This document shows positions 55,086 to 64,000 of a stretch of 64,000 bases of DNA, piece by piece. The notes under the pieces were generated by a model. The model was given only the letters and a program-made list of their open reading frames with translations. It was not told where the DNA came from and made no database searches. The position numbers were made by a program, and so were the translations under genes. Position 1 is the first letter of the stretch. Every line of letters starts with the position of its first letter. The DNA is from an uncultured Collinsella sp. (GTDB lineage: Bacteria; Actinomycetota; Coriobacteriia; Coriobacteriales; Coriobacteriaceae): the NCBI GenBank assembly GCA_900765115.1, contig CAAFQK010000109.1, positions 4,421-68,420 of the forward strand, given 5' to 3'.

Positions 55086-56417
55086 CTATAAAGCCTCGAG
55101 CGCGTTGGCGATGCGCTTCATGGCGGCATCGGCGGATGCTTGGTCGGGCGCCTCGACCAGCACGCGGATAACCGACTCGGTTCCGCTCTTGCGCACGAGC
55201 ACGCGGCCCTCGCCTGCCAGCGCAACCTCGGCCTCGGCGATGGCGTTCTGCACGCCCATATTCTCGAGCGCGGCGTCCTTGTCCGCCACGTGCACGGCCA
55301 CCTGCGCCTGTGGCAGCAGCTTGCACGGAGCCGTGAGCTGCGAGAGCGTCTCGCGCTCGGCACGAATCACTTCCATCACGCGCAGCGAGGTCATAATGCC
55401 GTCGCCCGTGCGCTCGATATCGCCAAAGATCGTATGGCCCGTCTGCTCGCCGCCCAGGCTGTAGCCGCCCTCGCGCATCTTGGCATACACGTGACGGTCG
55501 CCCACGCCGCTGGTCACGGCACTCAGGCCGGCAAGCTCCAACGACTTGATCAGGCCAAAGTTGCTGGCGATCGTCGGCACCACGGTACCGCCCGAGAGAC
55601 GCCCGTGCTTGTTCAGGTACACACCGCACACGTACAGGATCTGGTCGCCGTCGACCACGCGGCCGCGCTCGTCCACGGCCAGGCAGCGGTCGGCATCGCC
55701 ATCGTAGGCAAAGCCCACATCCAGGCCCTGCTCCACCACGTGGCGCTGCAGGCGCTCAATATGCGTAGAGCCGCAGTCGACATTGATGTTAAAGCCGTCG
55801 GGCGCGGCATTGATCACGCGCACATCGGCGCCCAGTGCGTCGAACACCGGCTTGGCCACCGAGGATGCCGAGCCGTTGGCGCAATCGATGCCGATCTTGA
55901 CGCCCTGCAGCGAAAAGTTCGCGCTGGCGATGAGCGAAGCAATGTAGCGGTTGCGGCCCTGCATGTAGTCCACCGTGGCGCCGATGTGGTTGCCCGTGGC
56001 CAGCGGCACCTCGCTCTTGCCATCGATGTAGTCCTCGATGAGCTCCAGTACGTCCTCGTCCATCTTAAAGCCGTCGCTGTTGACGAGCTTAATGCCGTTA
56101 TCGCAAAACGGATTGTGGCTCGCGCTGATCATGATGCCGCAATCGAAGCAGCCTTCCACGGTCTGGTGCGCTACGCCCGGCGTGGGGATCACGTGCAGCA
56201 TATAGGCGTCCGCACCGCTCGCGACCAGGCCGCTCACCAGCGCCGCCTCGAACATATAACTCGAGCGACGCGTGTCCTTGCCCACGATGACGCGCGCCTT
56301 AGCACTGCGGTTGGCGCCGTAATACCAGCCCACAAAACGGCCAATCTTATAAGCGTGCTCTACCGTCAGCCCAACGTTGGCCTCACCGCGAAAGCCGTCG
56401 GTGCCAAAGTACTTCAT
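55086..56417 (-). CDS. glmM: Phosphoglucosamine mutase
   Basis: FGTDG, ISASHNP, DGDADR, GGEQ and RKSGTE motifs. Confidence 0.93.
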   Translation of the reverse strand: MKYFGTDGFRGEANVGLTVEHAYKIGRFVGWYYGANRSAKARVIVGKDTRRSSYMFEAALVSGLVASGADAYMLHVIPTPGVAHQTVEGCFDCGIMISASHNPFCDNGIKLVNSDGFKMDEDVLELIEDYIDGKSEVPLATGNHIGATVDYMQGRNRYIASLIASANFSLQGVKIGIDCANGSASSVAKPVFDALGADVRVINAAPDGFNINVDCGSTHIERLQRHVVEQGLDVGFAYDGDADRCLAVDERGRVVDGDQILYVCGVYLNKHGRLSGGTVVPTIASNFGLIKSLELAGLSAVTSGVGDRHVYAKMREGGYSLGGEQTGHTIFGDIERTGDGIMTSLRVMEVIRAERETLSQLTAPCKLLPQAQVAVHVADKDAALENMGVQNAIAEAEVALAGEGRVLVRKSGTESVIRVLVEAPDQASADAAMKRIANALEAL

Positions 56418-56500
56418 GCGCTCTCCTTACAAAATAGGGGCGAACAGATTGCCTGTCCGCCCCAAAATGGTACTCGATTATCTGCGCTACCAGAAAAACC

Positions 56501-58813
56501 CTACGCCGACGCGCTGTCGCGAGCCGCCTGGCATGTAGGAGTCTGACGCAGCGTAAGCGGCTTGTCCCCCGCCTCGGCCGACGTGGTCAGCGTATACGTG
56601 ATCGTCGTCGTCTCGCCAGCATGCAGGTCAACGGTTCCTGAATAGCAGGGAGCTCCGTGCCAAGTGGCAGCGAACAGTCCAAACTGAGTCCCCTCGACGG
56701 TTAGATCGGTAATGCTGCCGCCTGTCGGCGCAAACAGTGATACATACAAGCGCTCATCGTCACGCGAGGTCCCAGGCGCACTGGCCGCTACGTAGTCGGG
56801 CAGCTTACCTGCCTCCTCCTGCGTCATGATGTTCGTCAGGGTAACGGTGATGCGATACGAGCAAGCGCCGTCGCCGTTCTTCACGCCCTGACCAATCTGC
56901 GTATCGGCGTTCAGATACCAGTCGAGCTTGGAGAAGCTCAGGTTGTTAAAGTAGACACCAGCAACGGGATCTTCACTCGGGTCATCCGGATCGGGCAGTG
57001 AGGCGTCGATGTTCATCTCCTTGATAGCGTTCTGCTCGTCATCGTTTTTCATCCACGCGATCAGGCGGCCCTCTTCGGCACCGCGCTCAACGGCGCTGAC
57101 AAGGTTCGCGACATCGACGTCGCCGATACCGCCAAGGATCTTGTCAAAGGCAGCGCTGGCGACGGATGCAAAGATGCCGTCCGACTCCTCGACCGGATAG
57201 TTCCAGTACACATCATGCATAAGCACCTTCGCCGCGTTAGTACCGTCAACGACTGTACCGTCGGGCAGTGAAACATTACCCACGAGGCCCAACAGATACT
57301 GCAGGAATACCGGATCGATACCAATGACGCCATCGACGTCCTGACCATATTCAGACTTCCACAGCGCGGCGACACGCTGCGAATTACGGGGCCAGTCGGG
57401 CGAATAGGTGTTGCCCGAGATGTATAGGTTGCTGTGGTCACCAAACAGCGTCTCATCTTCTTCGTCGACGCTCTCAACCGCCTCGTCTTTGCTGCGCGCA
57501 ATGCAGGGAACAAACTCGCCAATCGACATCTGGCCGTCGGTGACCGAAATCAGACCCTGCGAACCGCCAAAGCCGCCGCAGGCACGAATCTCGACGTTGT
57601 TCATGGCGTACATAAGGTAGTTGCGCGTCTGGCCGTTGGCGCCGAGCATCTGGGGAAGGACGGGGGCGACCTTCTCCGCCGCGTCAACCGCGCCGTTGAG
57701 GGTGGCAAAGCCGTCCTTGGCCTTATCGACCAGCTCGGTCACCTGGGAAATATGAGTATCGCCAATGCCCTGGACCTTCTCGTTGGCGCTCTTGAACACC
57801 TTCGAGCTGCTGGAAAGCGAATCGGCGACCGCCTGCAGCGCGGACACGTTAATCATGCCGTCCTGGAACAGCTTGCCGGGCGTAGCCTGCGAGAGGTTAT
57901 CGGCCATGGGAACCAGCGCATTGCTCGAGACATCGGACAGGGCGTCAATCATGGTGCGGGCCGCATTGATATCGCTGCCATACACCGGGATAAACGAAGC
58001 CGCCGCCCACAGCGGGCTCGAGGTCTCCGCCTTCATGCTGTTACAGAGCTCATCGATCTTCTTCGCGTCGTCAGGCAGCGTCGAAAAATCGCCCGACGTG
58101 ACCTTGTCCTTAAGGCCACCGACGATCTCGACAGCCTCCTTCGCTTCGCTCTTTACGGTCTTTGCCGAGTTAAGCAGCATAAAGCCGCTTGCGCCAAGCG
58201 CAACGAGAAGCACCGCGACTACAGCGGCAATAATGGCGCCGGTGTGACGCTTTTTGCGCTCGCCCTTGCGATGGCGATGACGGACCAGACCGTCAGAGGT
58301 CGAACTCGACGAAGCGTCGCTACCGTAGTTCAAGCCAAAATCGTAATAATCTTCCTTGGAACCCGAGCCCGCAAACTCGGCACCGCTATCATCCAGGCGG
58401 GCAAACGTGCCAGTCTCGGAGGCGCCGGTGTAAATCGTGCCAAGGTTACCCGTAAGCCCCGCGCCACCGGCAGAGGGAGTATTGTTGGCGGCCTTGTCGG
58501 CATTAACGTTACCGGCGGCATTCGCGGCGTTGGCAGCACCTGCGTTGTTCGCGGGTACCGAAGGAGCCCCGCTCGGCTGCGACGTGGAGGTTGCACCGCC
58601 CGCAAAGACATTCCCTCTTGCACGGCCGGTCTTTTTTGCCTTTTGAGACTGCTCGTACAGAGCGGTAAACATCGCCGTCTCGCCCGGGGACACGCGCTTA
58701 CCGGAACCGCCCTGTCCAGCGCCGCCCGGCGTGCCGGCCTTACCAGCCCCGTTCGGACGCGGCGGAACTGCAGGGCGGCCGCTATCGCTGCCCTTAAAGT
58801 GATTACCAGCCAT
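56501..58813 (-). CDS. DUF4012-domain membrane-anchored protein
   Basis: Disordered N-terminus, TM helix, and NNVEIRACGG, SPDWP, DGVIGIDP and SKLDWY motifs. Confidence 0.8.
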   Translation of the reverse strand: MAGNHFKGSDSGRPAVPPRPNGAGKAGTPGGAGQGGSGKRVSPGETAMFTALYEQSQKAKKTGRARGNVFAGGATSTSQPSGAPSVPANNAGAANAANAAGNVNADKAANNTPSAGGAGLTGNLGTIYTGASETGTFARLDDSGAEFAGSGSKEDYYDFGLNYGSDASSSSTSDGLVRHRHRKGERKKRHTGAIIAAVVAVLLVALGASGFMLLNSAKTVKSEAKEAVEIVGGLKDKVTSGDFSTLPDDAKKIDELCNSMKAETSSPLWAAASFIPVYGSDINAARTMIDALSDVSSNALVPMADNLSQATPGKLFQDGMINVSALQAVADSLSSSSKVFKSANEKVQGIGDTHISQVTELVDKAKDGFATLNGAVDAAEKVAPVLPQMLGANGQTRNYLMYAMNNVEIRACGGFGGSQGLISVTDGQMSIGEFVPCIARSKDEAVESVDEEDETLFGDHSNLYISGNTYSPDWPRNSQRVAALWKSEYGQDVDGVIGIDPVFLQYLLGLVGNVSLPDGTVVDGTNAAKVLMHDVYWNYPVEESDGIFASVASAAFDKILGGIGDVDVANLVSAVERGAEEGRLIAWMKNDDEQNAIKEMNIDASLPDPDDPSEDPVAGVYFNNLSFSKLDWYLNADTQIGQGVKNGDGACSYRITVTLTNIMTQEEAGKLPDYVAASAPGTSRDDERLYVSLFAPTGGSITDLTVEGTQFGLFAATWHGAPCYSGTVDLHAGETTTITYTLTTSAEAGDKPLTLRQTPTCQAARDSASA

Positions 58814-58962
58814 AAAGAAATCCTCGCAATTGAGTCGCAATGAAAAAGTCCATAACGTTGCTAGTTTATGGCATTTTGAGCATCGACAGCTAAACTCCAG
58901 ACACGGACATCAATTGGCGAAAATGCGGCACAACACCTTTTCTGTCTTGGCGGCGGCGCTAG

Positions 58963-59985
58963 CTACACCGTAAGGTACATCATCACGATGATCATGGCAA
59001 AGCCGATAAGGTCGGTCGGCAAAAACACCGTCCCCAGCATAACGGCGCTGGTGATGGTCGCCGAAACCGGCTCCACAGTTCCGATGAGGCTCGCGCGCAC
59101 CGAGCCGATGTCCTTAACGCCCTGCATATAAAGCATGTAAGCAAAAAACGAGCCGATAACCACGAACACCGCGAGCGCCTCGATGCCGGCAGCGTCGAGC
59201 GCCGGCATATGCGCCCAGGGCTGCACGAAGACGCACGAGACCACGCCCGCCGTGAGCATTGCCGAGCCCGTGACGATGGGGCTACCGTATTCGGGCAGGA
59301 TCTTGGCGGGAATCACCGCCATACACGCGGCGCTGACCGCACACATAAGACCTGCTGCCAGGCCAAGCGGCGAGATATTCAGGCTGGTGGGGTCGCCGCC
59401 GGTGGCGATTAAAAAGGTTCCACCCAGAGCTAGGCCAATGCCGATGACTTCGCGAGTACGCGGCATGCGGCGATCGATCACGCAGGTGTAGCCCATGATG
59501 ATAACGAGCTGCAGGCACTGGAGCACCGTCGCGGTTCCGGCGTTCGTCAGGCGCACGGCCGAAAGATAGCAAAACTGGTTGAACAGCAGGCCAAAGGCGG
59601 TAAAGAGCAGCAGCTGCTTGCGATCGGCGGGTGTGGTCCAGAGCTTAATCAGGCGCTCGCGGTCGCGCGTAACAACCACGGCCATAAAGAGTAGACCGGC
59701 GAGAATCTGACGCACGCTCATAAGCCACAAGGTGTCGACGTGGTAGGTATCGAACAGAAAGCTCGCGCTGGTGCCCGAGAAGCCCCAAAACGAACCGCCC
59801 ACCAGCGTAGCCAAGACGCCCGTGATCATCTTGCGCGACGACGCATCGTTAAGGCGGTCGCGCCAGGCGCGGCGGGTGCTACGGCTGAGCTCGTCGGTGC
59901 CCTCGGGCACATCAATGTTCGATATATCGGTCATCGGCACCGAAGCCCCTGCGCCTTCGACCTGCTCGACACACTCTTTGCTCAT
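58963..59985 (-). CDS. EamA/DMT-family transporter
   Basis: FWGFSG, AGTATVLQ and ASLIGTVEPV motifs; about 10 TM helices. Confidence 0.88.
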   Translation of the reverse strand: MSKECVEQVEGAGASVPMTDISNIDVPEGTDELSRSTRRAWRDRLNDASSRKMITGVLATLVGGSFWGFSGTSASFLFDTYHVDTLWLMSVRQILAGLLFMAVVVTRDRERLIKLWTTPADRKQLLLFTAFGLLFNQFCYLSAVRLTNAGTATVLQCLQLVIIMGYTCVIDRRMPRTREVIGIGLALGGTFLIATGGDPTSLNISPLGLAAGLMCAVSAACMAVIPAKILPEYGSPIVTGSAMLTAGVVSCVFVQPWAHMPALDAAGIEALAVFVVIGSFFAYMLYMQGVKDIGSVRASLIGTVEPVSATITSAVMLGTVFLPTDLIGFAMIIVMMYLTV

Positions 59986-60216
59986 TCCACTCCCCCGAAA
60001 CAGCCTGGAAACAATTCGGCTTACCTTACCACGGCGAAGGCACCAGCTGGAGGCTTGTCCGCTTATCGGTAGGACAATTCCGCAGGCGTCTTTCCATAGC
60101 TCGATACCGCAATGGCCTTGCATTATGCGACAGCCAAATCGCGGCAGCAGGCTCTTTTGAAATGGATGCGACAAAGCCCCCGAATTCCACAATGTAAGCG
60201 ATTTTTAAAAATGTTC

Positions 60217-60245
60217 TTGCCACCGAGTTCAGGCTCCGTTATATT
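60217..60245 (+). promoter_or_regulatory. Promoter of tRNA-Val
   Basis: TTGCCA-N17-TATATT. Confidence 0.65.
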
Positions 60246-60274
60246 ATCCCTTGCGCGCTTGCGCACCCTTGATC

Positions 60275-60349
60275 GGGCGTTTAGCTCAGGGGGAGAGCGC
60301 TTCCCTGACACGGAAGAGGTCAGAAGTTCAAATCTTCTAACGCCCACCA
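60275..60349 (+). tRNA. tRNA-Val(GAC)
   Basis: Cloverleaf with anticodon arm CTTCC-CTGACAC-GGAAG; ends in CCA. Confidence 0.95.
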
Positions 60350-60575
60350 AATGTTCGCAGCTCAGAGGCTATGTCCTCTGGGCTGTTTTGTTTTATGTCG
60401 CCAAATCCGCCGGCAGTTCCAACCGCCCAACTAGCCAAAAGCCGACCATCTACTTGCCGATCTATCCATCGACATAACCAATCAGTCCGCACCGCAACTT
60501 CTCAGCAAAACGCCGCGATGTATGCGCCCTGCGGTATCCTTGGGCCACTTGCACCTGCAGCACCAAGGAGCCGCC

Positions 60576-61262
60576 ATGCGCACCGAGCTCGATGTCCCCT
60601 TTTCGCACAAAGAAGAAGCCAAGGCGCTGGGCGCCAAATGGGACCGGACCAAGAAGGTCTGGTATGTACCCAGCGGCGTCAACCCCGAGCCCTTTGCCGA
60701 GTGGCTGCCCGGTGTTGACCGATCCGACCCCTCAGCGCCGTATATATATCTAGTACTGGGCAAGCGCGAGTGCTGGAAGTGTCACAAAGAGACCTCGGTC
60801 GCGGCCTTCGGCATTCCCTATCGAACCGATAACGACGAGAGCGTCGCCATCGCGCACGCGCCCAACGAATCCGGGCACATTGCCATCGACACGGCCAACG
60901 CCAACGCACTCGCCATCGTGCCCGCTCTTGGCTGCGTGCCGGGCGAGATCCGCGACTACCTTCATAAGCGCTGCGGCTACAAGCCCGTAGGCGCGCGAGC
61001 CTCCAAAGCCCCGTCGCTCGGCAACACGTGCACCAGTTGCGACGCGCTGCAAGGCAGCCGCTATCTGTTCGAGGAGCCCTCGTCCCCGTTTGCCCTCACT
61101 GCCATCAACAAGCTGCCGGCACTGGAGTTTATACGCGTCGAAGTTGCCGGCGTCTTTGGCGTCCCGGCCACGCGTACCGACTTTGACCAGGCGCTCTTTA
61201 CCTGGGCACGCGACCATCACGCCGAGTTCCACAAGCAGCTCGGTGAGGGGATTTATTTGTAG
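60576..61262 (+). CDS. DUF5710-domain protein with a Zn-binding region
   Basis: LDVPFSHKEEAKALGAKWD...KVWY; CWKC and CTSC; AGGAG RBS. Confidence 0.75.
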   Translation: MRTELDVPFSHKEEAKALGAKWDRTKKVWYVPSGVNPEPFAEWLPGVDRSDPSAPYIYLVLGKRECWKCHKETSVAAFGIPYRTDNDESVAIAHAPNESGHIAIDTANANALAIVPALGCVPGEIRDYLHKRCGYKPVGARASKAPSLGNTCTSCDALQGSRYLFEEPSSPFALTAINKLPALEFIRVEVAGVFGVPATRTDFDQALFTWARDHHAEFHKQLGEGIYL

Positions 61263-61300
61263 GGACGGAGGGGCCTTCACAGCCAGCTCCTCCGCATCAC

Positions 61301-61561
61301 CTATCCCTCGTCGCCGGCGTCGTACACGATATCGAGGCCACAAACGGGGCATTTCTCCGGATACACCGGCATATGAACGCCTGTCCGTTTTCTCACTTCG
61401 TCGCTGAGCCTGTCGCACGCATCGATGAACCGAATGTCAAGACACGGTATTTGCGAGCCGCAGCAAGGGCAAGCGACGACAAACGACCTGCAATCAACCT
61501 CTACGCTCGGAAACATATTGCTGTCTATAAGGGCACACGGCAGTTTTCCGTACTTCCCCAT
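61301..61561 (-). CDS. Small Cys-rich zinc-ribbon protein
   Basis: CPCCG...CPVCG; 86 aa; GAGG before ATG. Confidence 0.45.
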   Translation of the reverse strand: MGKYGKLPCALIDSNMFPSVEVDCRSFVVACPCCGSQIPCLDIRFIDACDRLSDEVRKRTGVHMPVYPEKCPVCGLDIVYDAGDEG

Positions 61562-61707
61562 CGCAATATCGCCTCGCCAGCTCATACACGCTCCCCTCTC
61601 GCTATACAAATTAGGAAGAGCATGCATTGGCGGGCGTGTACGAGATTGCATCGCCACGCGATCCGATCAAACAACACGATCGTCAAAGAATGCCAAAGCC
61701 AAATACG

Positions 61708-62799
61708 CTAATACGGCAGAAGCCCCGCCTTTTCACGCTTCTTTTCCGAGCGATCGAACTCAATGCGATGGGCCTCAAGAAACACCGTATTGGGTCGCCA
61801 CTGACGCTCATTCGGCTGCCTTAGCGTCGCACCCGCAAAGGAAGCGTAGTCGGTCTTATCCAGCAGGTACGATCCGCACAGCCGATATTCGCCGCAAACA
61901 GGCTCAAACGAAATCAGGTGAGCATCAAATAGGGAATGAAGGTCGCGCCGAAGCAGAATGCCGTTGCTGGCAACCTGCGATTTGGGTCCCGAGTAATTCT
62001 CGATATGTGCAGCCTCCAGAGCTTCGCTGACGCCGCAGTCCGACACCGCGCAACGGCCGTCATAGGCGGCAACGAGCTGCTTGCGGAACCATTGCTGCCC
62101 CAATCGCTCGCGCCTTAACGCATAGCGGACCTTTTCGTCGTCGGTCGCACCCTGTCCGGCAAACTCAATATCGACGGGTATGTGCTTCAGATAACTCATG
62201 TCGGGCGCAAAACGAGGGTCCGGTCCGCCTTTATGAACAGGACCGTGCAGAACAAACCATCCGTTTTCGGGCTCGAACCGCTCAACAAACGCAAGGCCGA
62301 GCACCTTATAGCCCACCTCGGTTGCAAATATGACTCCGACTGGGACGCCACATTCCATGCAGTTGAGCATTTTACGGTTGTAATTCTGGTCTCGAGAACC
62401 AACGGCACCCGGCGCTTGAACCGAGTACTTAATGACCCACGTACCATCGTCCAAATAGAGCGGAGGCACATCGGTGTAGAAGCTCTTTTTAGAGTTATGG
62501 ACCGAAAGCGCAAAGGTCTTATTGGGATCTTGCTTCACCCGATCCTGGCCCGGCCAGAAGATCCCTGAATCCCGCGTTACGGGAAAGAAATCCGAGCCAA
62601 TTCTCAAACGATACTGATACTGAGGGCTATCTTCCTTGGTGTGATGCGGAAGGCTGGTCCAAACGCCGCCGCGCTGCTCCTCACCCAGAAACCACTCCCA
62701 TGCCTCAACGTATTCGGAAGGCACGAGACTGCAGGCACGGTCATAGCTTGGTCCATCCATCAACGGAACAGCAAGGTCAATGTCGTTCATCGCCAGCAC
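61708..62799 (-). CDS. HNH endonuclease with an SRA/PUA-like N-terminal domain (type IV restriction-like)
   Basis: FRKQL..AYDGRCAVS...LEAAHI...NGILLRRDLHSLFD; N-terminal GI.P..ALSV..Y.D..DG..Y..N..PVGV..Y.VLGLA.V pattern. Confidence 0.75.
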   Translation of the reverse strand: MLAMNDIDLAVPLMDGPSYDRACSLVPSEYVEAWEWFLGEEQRGGVWTSLPHHTKEDSPQYQYRLRIGSDFFPVTRDSGIFWPGQDRVKQDPNKTFALSVHNSKKSFYTDVPPLYLDDGTWVIKYSVQAPGAVGSRDQNYNRKMLNCMECGVPVGVIFATEVGYKVLGLAFVERFEPENGWFVLHGPVHKGGPDPRFAPDMSYLKHIPVDIEFAGQGATDDEKVRYALRRERLGQQWFRKQLVAAYDGRCAVSDCGVSEALEAAHIENYSGPKSQVASNGILLRRDLHSLFDAHLISFEPVCGEYRLCGSYLLDKTDYASFAGATLRQPNERQWRPNTVFLEAHRIEFDRSEKKREKAGLLPY

Positions 62800-63005
62800 C
62801 TACAACCATACGAACGCGAGTCATGCCCCTCAATAATATGGCCGAGAGTCAATTATTACGAGATCTCATTCCGCGATCGGCACATTGTTGATGCTCTCGG
62901 TTTGCCGCTGGCGCGCTTGTACCCCGCTACCCCACTTCCCTGTATACTGATGTAGCACGTGTTTCATCCGGGCTTGTTGGGCCGGGTCGTTCATGGGAGG
63001 GTCTT

Positions 63006-63497
63006 ATGGCTGCCTCGAATCCGCCTAAGGGGAGCGTTTCTTCTTCGTCCATCAAGCCGGTTACGCGCAAGGCCGTGCGTTGCCAGCGCGAGGTCGCTTG
63101 GCTTGTCACGCAGGCGGCGGGCAGGCTTGTGGCGACCACTCAGGACGTCAATGCGCCTACGCCGAGCTTTGTGTTAGCGGCGGCGCTGGATTTTGTGCGC
63201 CAATTGGAGCTTGCCGCGCAGGATGCCAACGGCCACCTCGACTACCAGAACGTTATGGCGCCCGACCTGCAAACGTTCTGTCACATGGCCAAGTTGCCTG
63301 CCGCGCCCAATGCGCTTTCGGACGCAGGCTACATGTTTACGCTCTCGGGCGCGGACCTTATCCGCGACATCTATGCATACTGTAGCGAGCTCGCCGAGCG
63401 CCACGTCTTTGACGCGGCAGAAGTCAAACCGGGAAATGTCATCAAGCTGGTTCTTAGGCTGTTCTTGATAGACGGGTTCGGGGCCATGCCGGCGTAA
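63006..63497 (+). CDS. Hypothetical protein
   Basis: 163-aa ORF with a GGAGG RBS. Confidence 0.6.
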   Translation: MAASNPPKGSVSSSSIKPVTRKAVRCQREVAWLVTQAAGRLVATTQDVNAPTPSFVLAAALDFVRQLELAAQDANGHLDYQNVMAPDLQTFCHMAKLPAAPNALSDAGYMFTLSGADLIRDIYAYCSELAERHVFDAAEVKPGNVIKLVLRLFLIDGFGAMPA

Positions 63498-63597
63498 GCC
63501 GAGTCTTGAGCATCACCGTCGACTGGGCAACAACCGCTTTACCTTAATGGACGCCAATCGAGGGTCGATTATTGGGTCGCCTCGTCCACTAACGCAT

Positions 63598-64000
63598 CTA
63601 TCCCACGCACTCCGACAGTCGATACTTGCGGTTGCGGCTCGTCGCCGGCGCCGTGGGCTCAAGCTCGCCTTGAGCAATGAGCGCGTTGACGCGCGACCTA
63701 ACCTGGGAAATTGTGAGCCCTGTGCGCTCTGCCAGCTCGCGCGTCCCCAGCTCGCCGTAGTGTTTGAGTGCCGTCACAATTAAGCCCCCGCCATGATCGA
63801 CCGACTCGATCTTTGAACGGTAAAGTACGACCTTGAACCGATCGAATCCCGGGCAGAACAGGGGCTCGGCCAGACCATGCGCGCGCATGGCATCGATCAT
63901 CATCGGGATGCCCGAGCCATTGCCCTCAGCCGGCGAACCTGCGCCATCCGGCAGCGGGACAATCGACATGAGCTTCACAAGCGTCGCGTTACGGCATCGG
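63598..64000 (-). CDS. C-terminal part of an HATPase_c_4 (RecG-C-like) + wHTH protein; 5' end outside the window
   Basis: Frame open to the edge: RCRNATLVKLM...EGNGSGIPMM...LAEP; terminal HTH TRELAERTGLTISQVRSRVNAL. Confidence 0.75.
   Translation of the reverse strand, partial: RCRNATLVKLMSIVPLPDGAGSPAEGNGSGIPMMIDAMRAHGLAEPLFCPGFDRFKVVLYRSKIESVDHGGGLIVTALKHYGELGTRELAERTGLTISQVRSRVNALIAQGELEPTAPATSRNRKYRLSECVG

Overview
GC-rich chromosomal window, most likely Collinsella/Coriobacteriia (inferred from gene content and codon style, not from a search). Left to right: (1) 1-4.8 kb, the decayed tail of a polysaccharide locus, where two ugd 3' remnants and an epimerase pseudogene alternate with intact accessory genes, including a TM+TPR-like ORF missing from the ORF track. 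(2) 5-22.6 kb, a minus-strand Wzx/Wzy capsule/EPS operon headed by a NusG-paralog antiterminator and a long structured leader. It has LicD, a cytidylyltransferase-oxidoreductase fusion, a HisC-like PLP enzyme, an FrhB-like/pyruvyltransferase pair and a diverged tandem duplication. (3) An intact IS110/IS1111-type element inserted in the U-tract of the tRNA-Phe terminator; its 3' non-coding end carries short matches to both its target and its circle junction (bridge-RNA candidate). (4) A toxin-antitoxin pair and a complete monoderm Tad/Flp pilus operon. (5) An AT-rich islet encoding a thioredoxin-like protein, a secreted prepro-peptide with a cationic amphipathic Cys-looped C-terminus, and a small membrane protein (candidate new bacteriocin system). 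(6) Core genes: a P-type ATPase with a kissing-loop 5' UTR, pyk, a Ni/Co ECF transporter with a NikR-type operator, pheST with a T-box, M32 peptidase, glmM, DUF4012 and EamA. (7) tRNA-Val followed by a probable defence islet (SRA-like-HNH nuclease etc.). All family calls come from motif recognition by eye.
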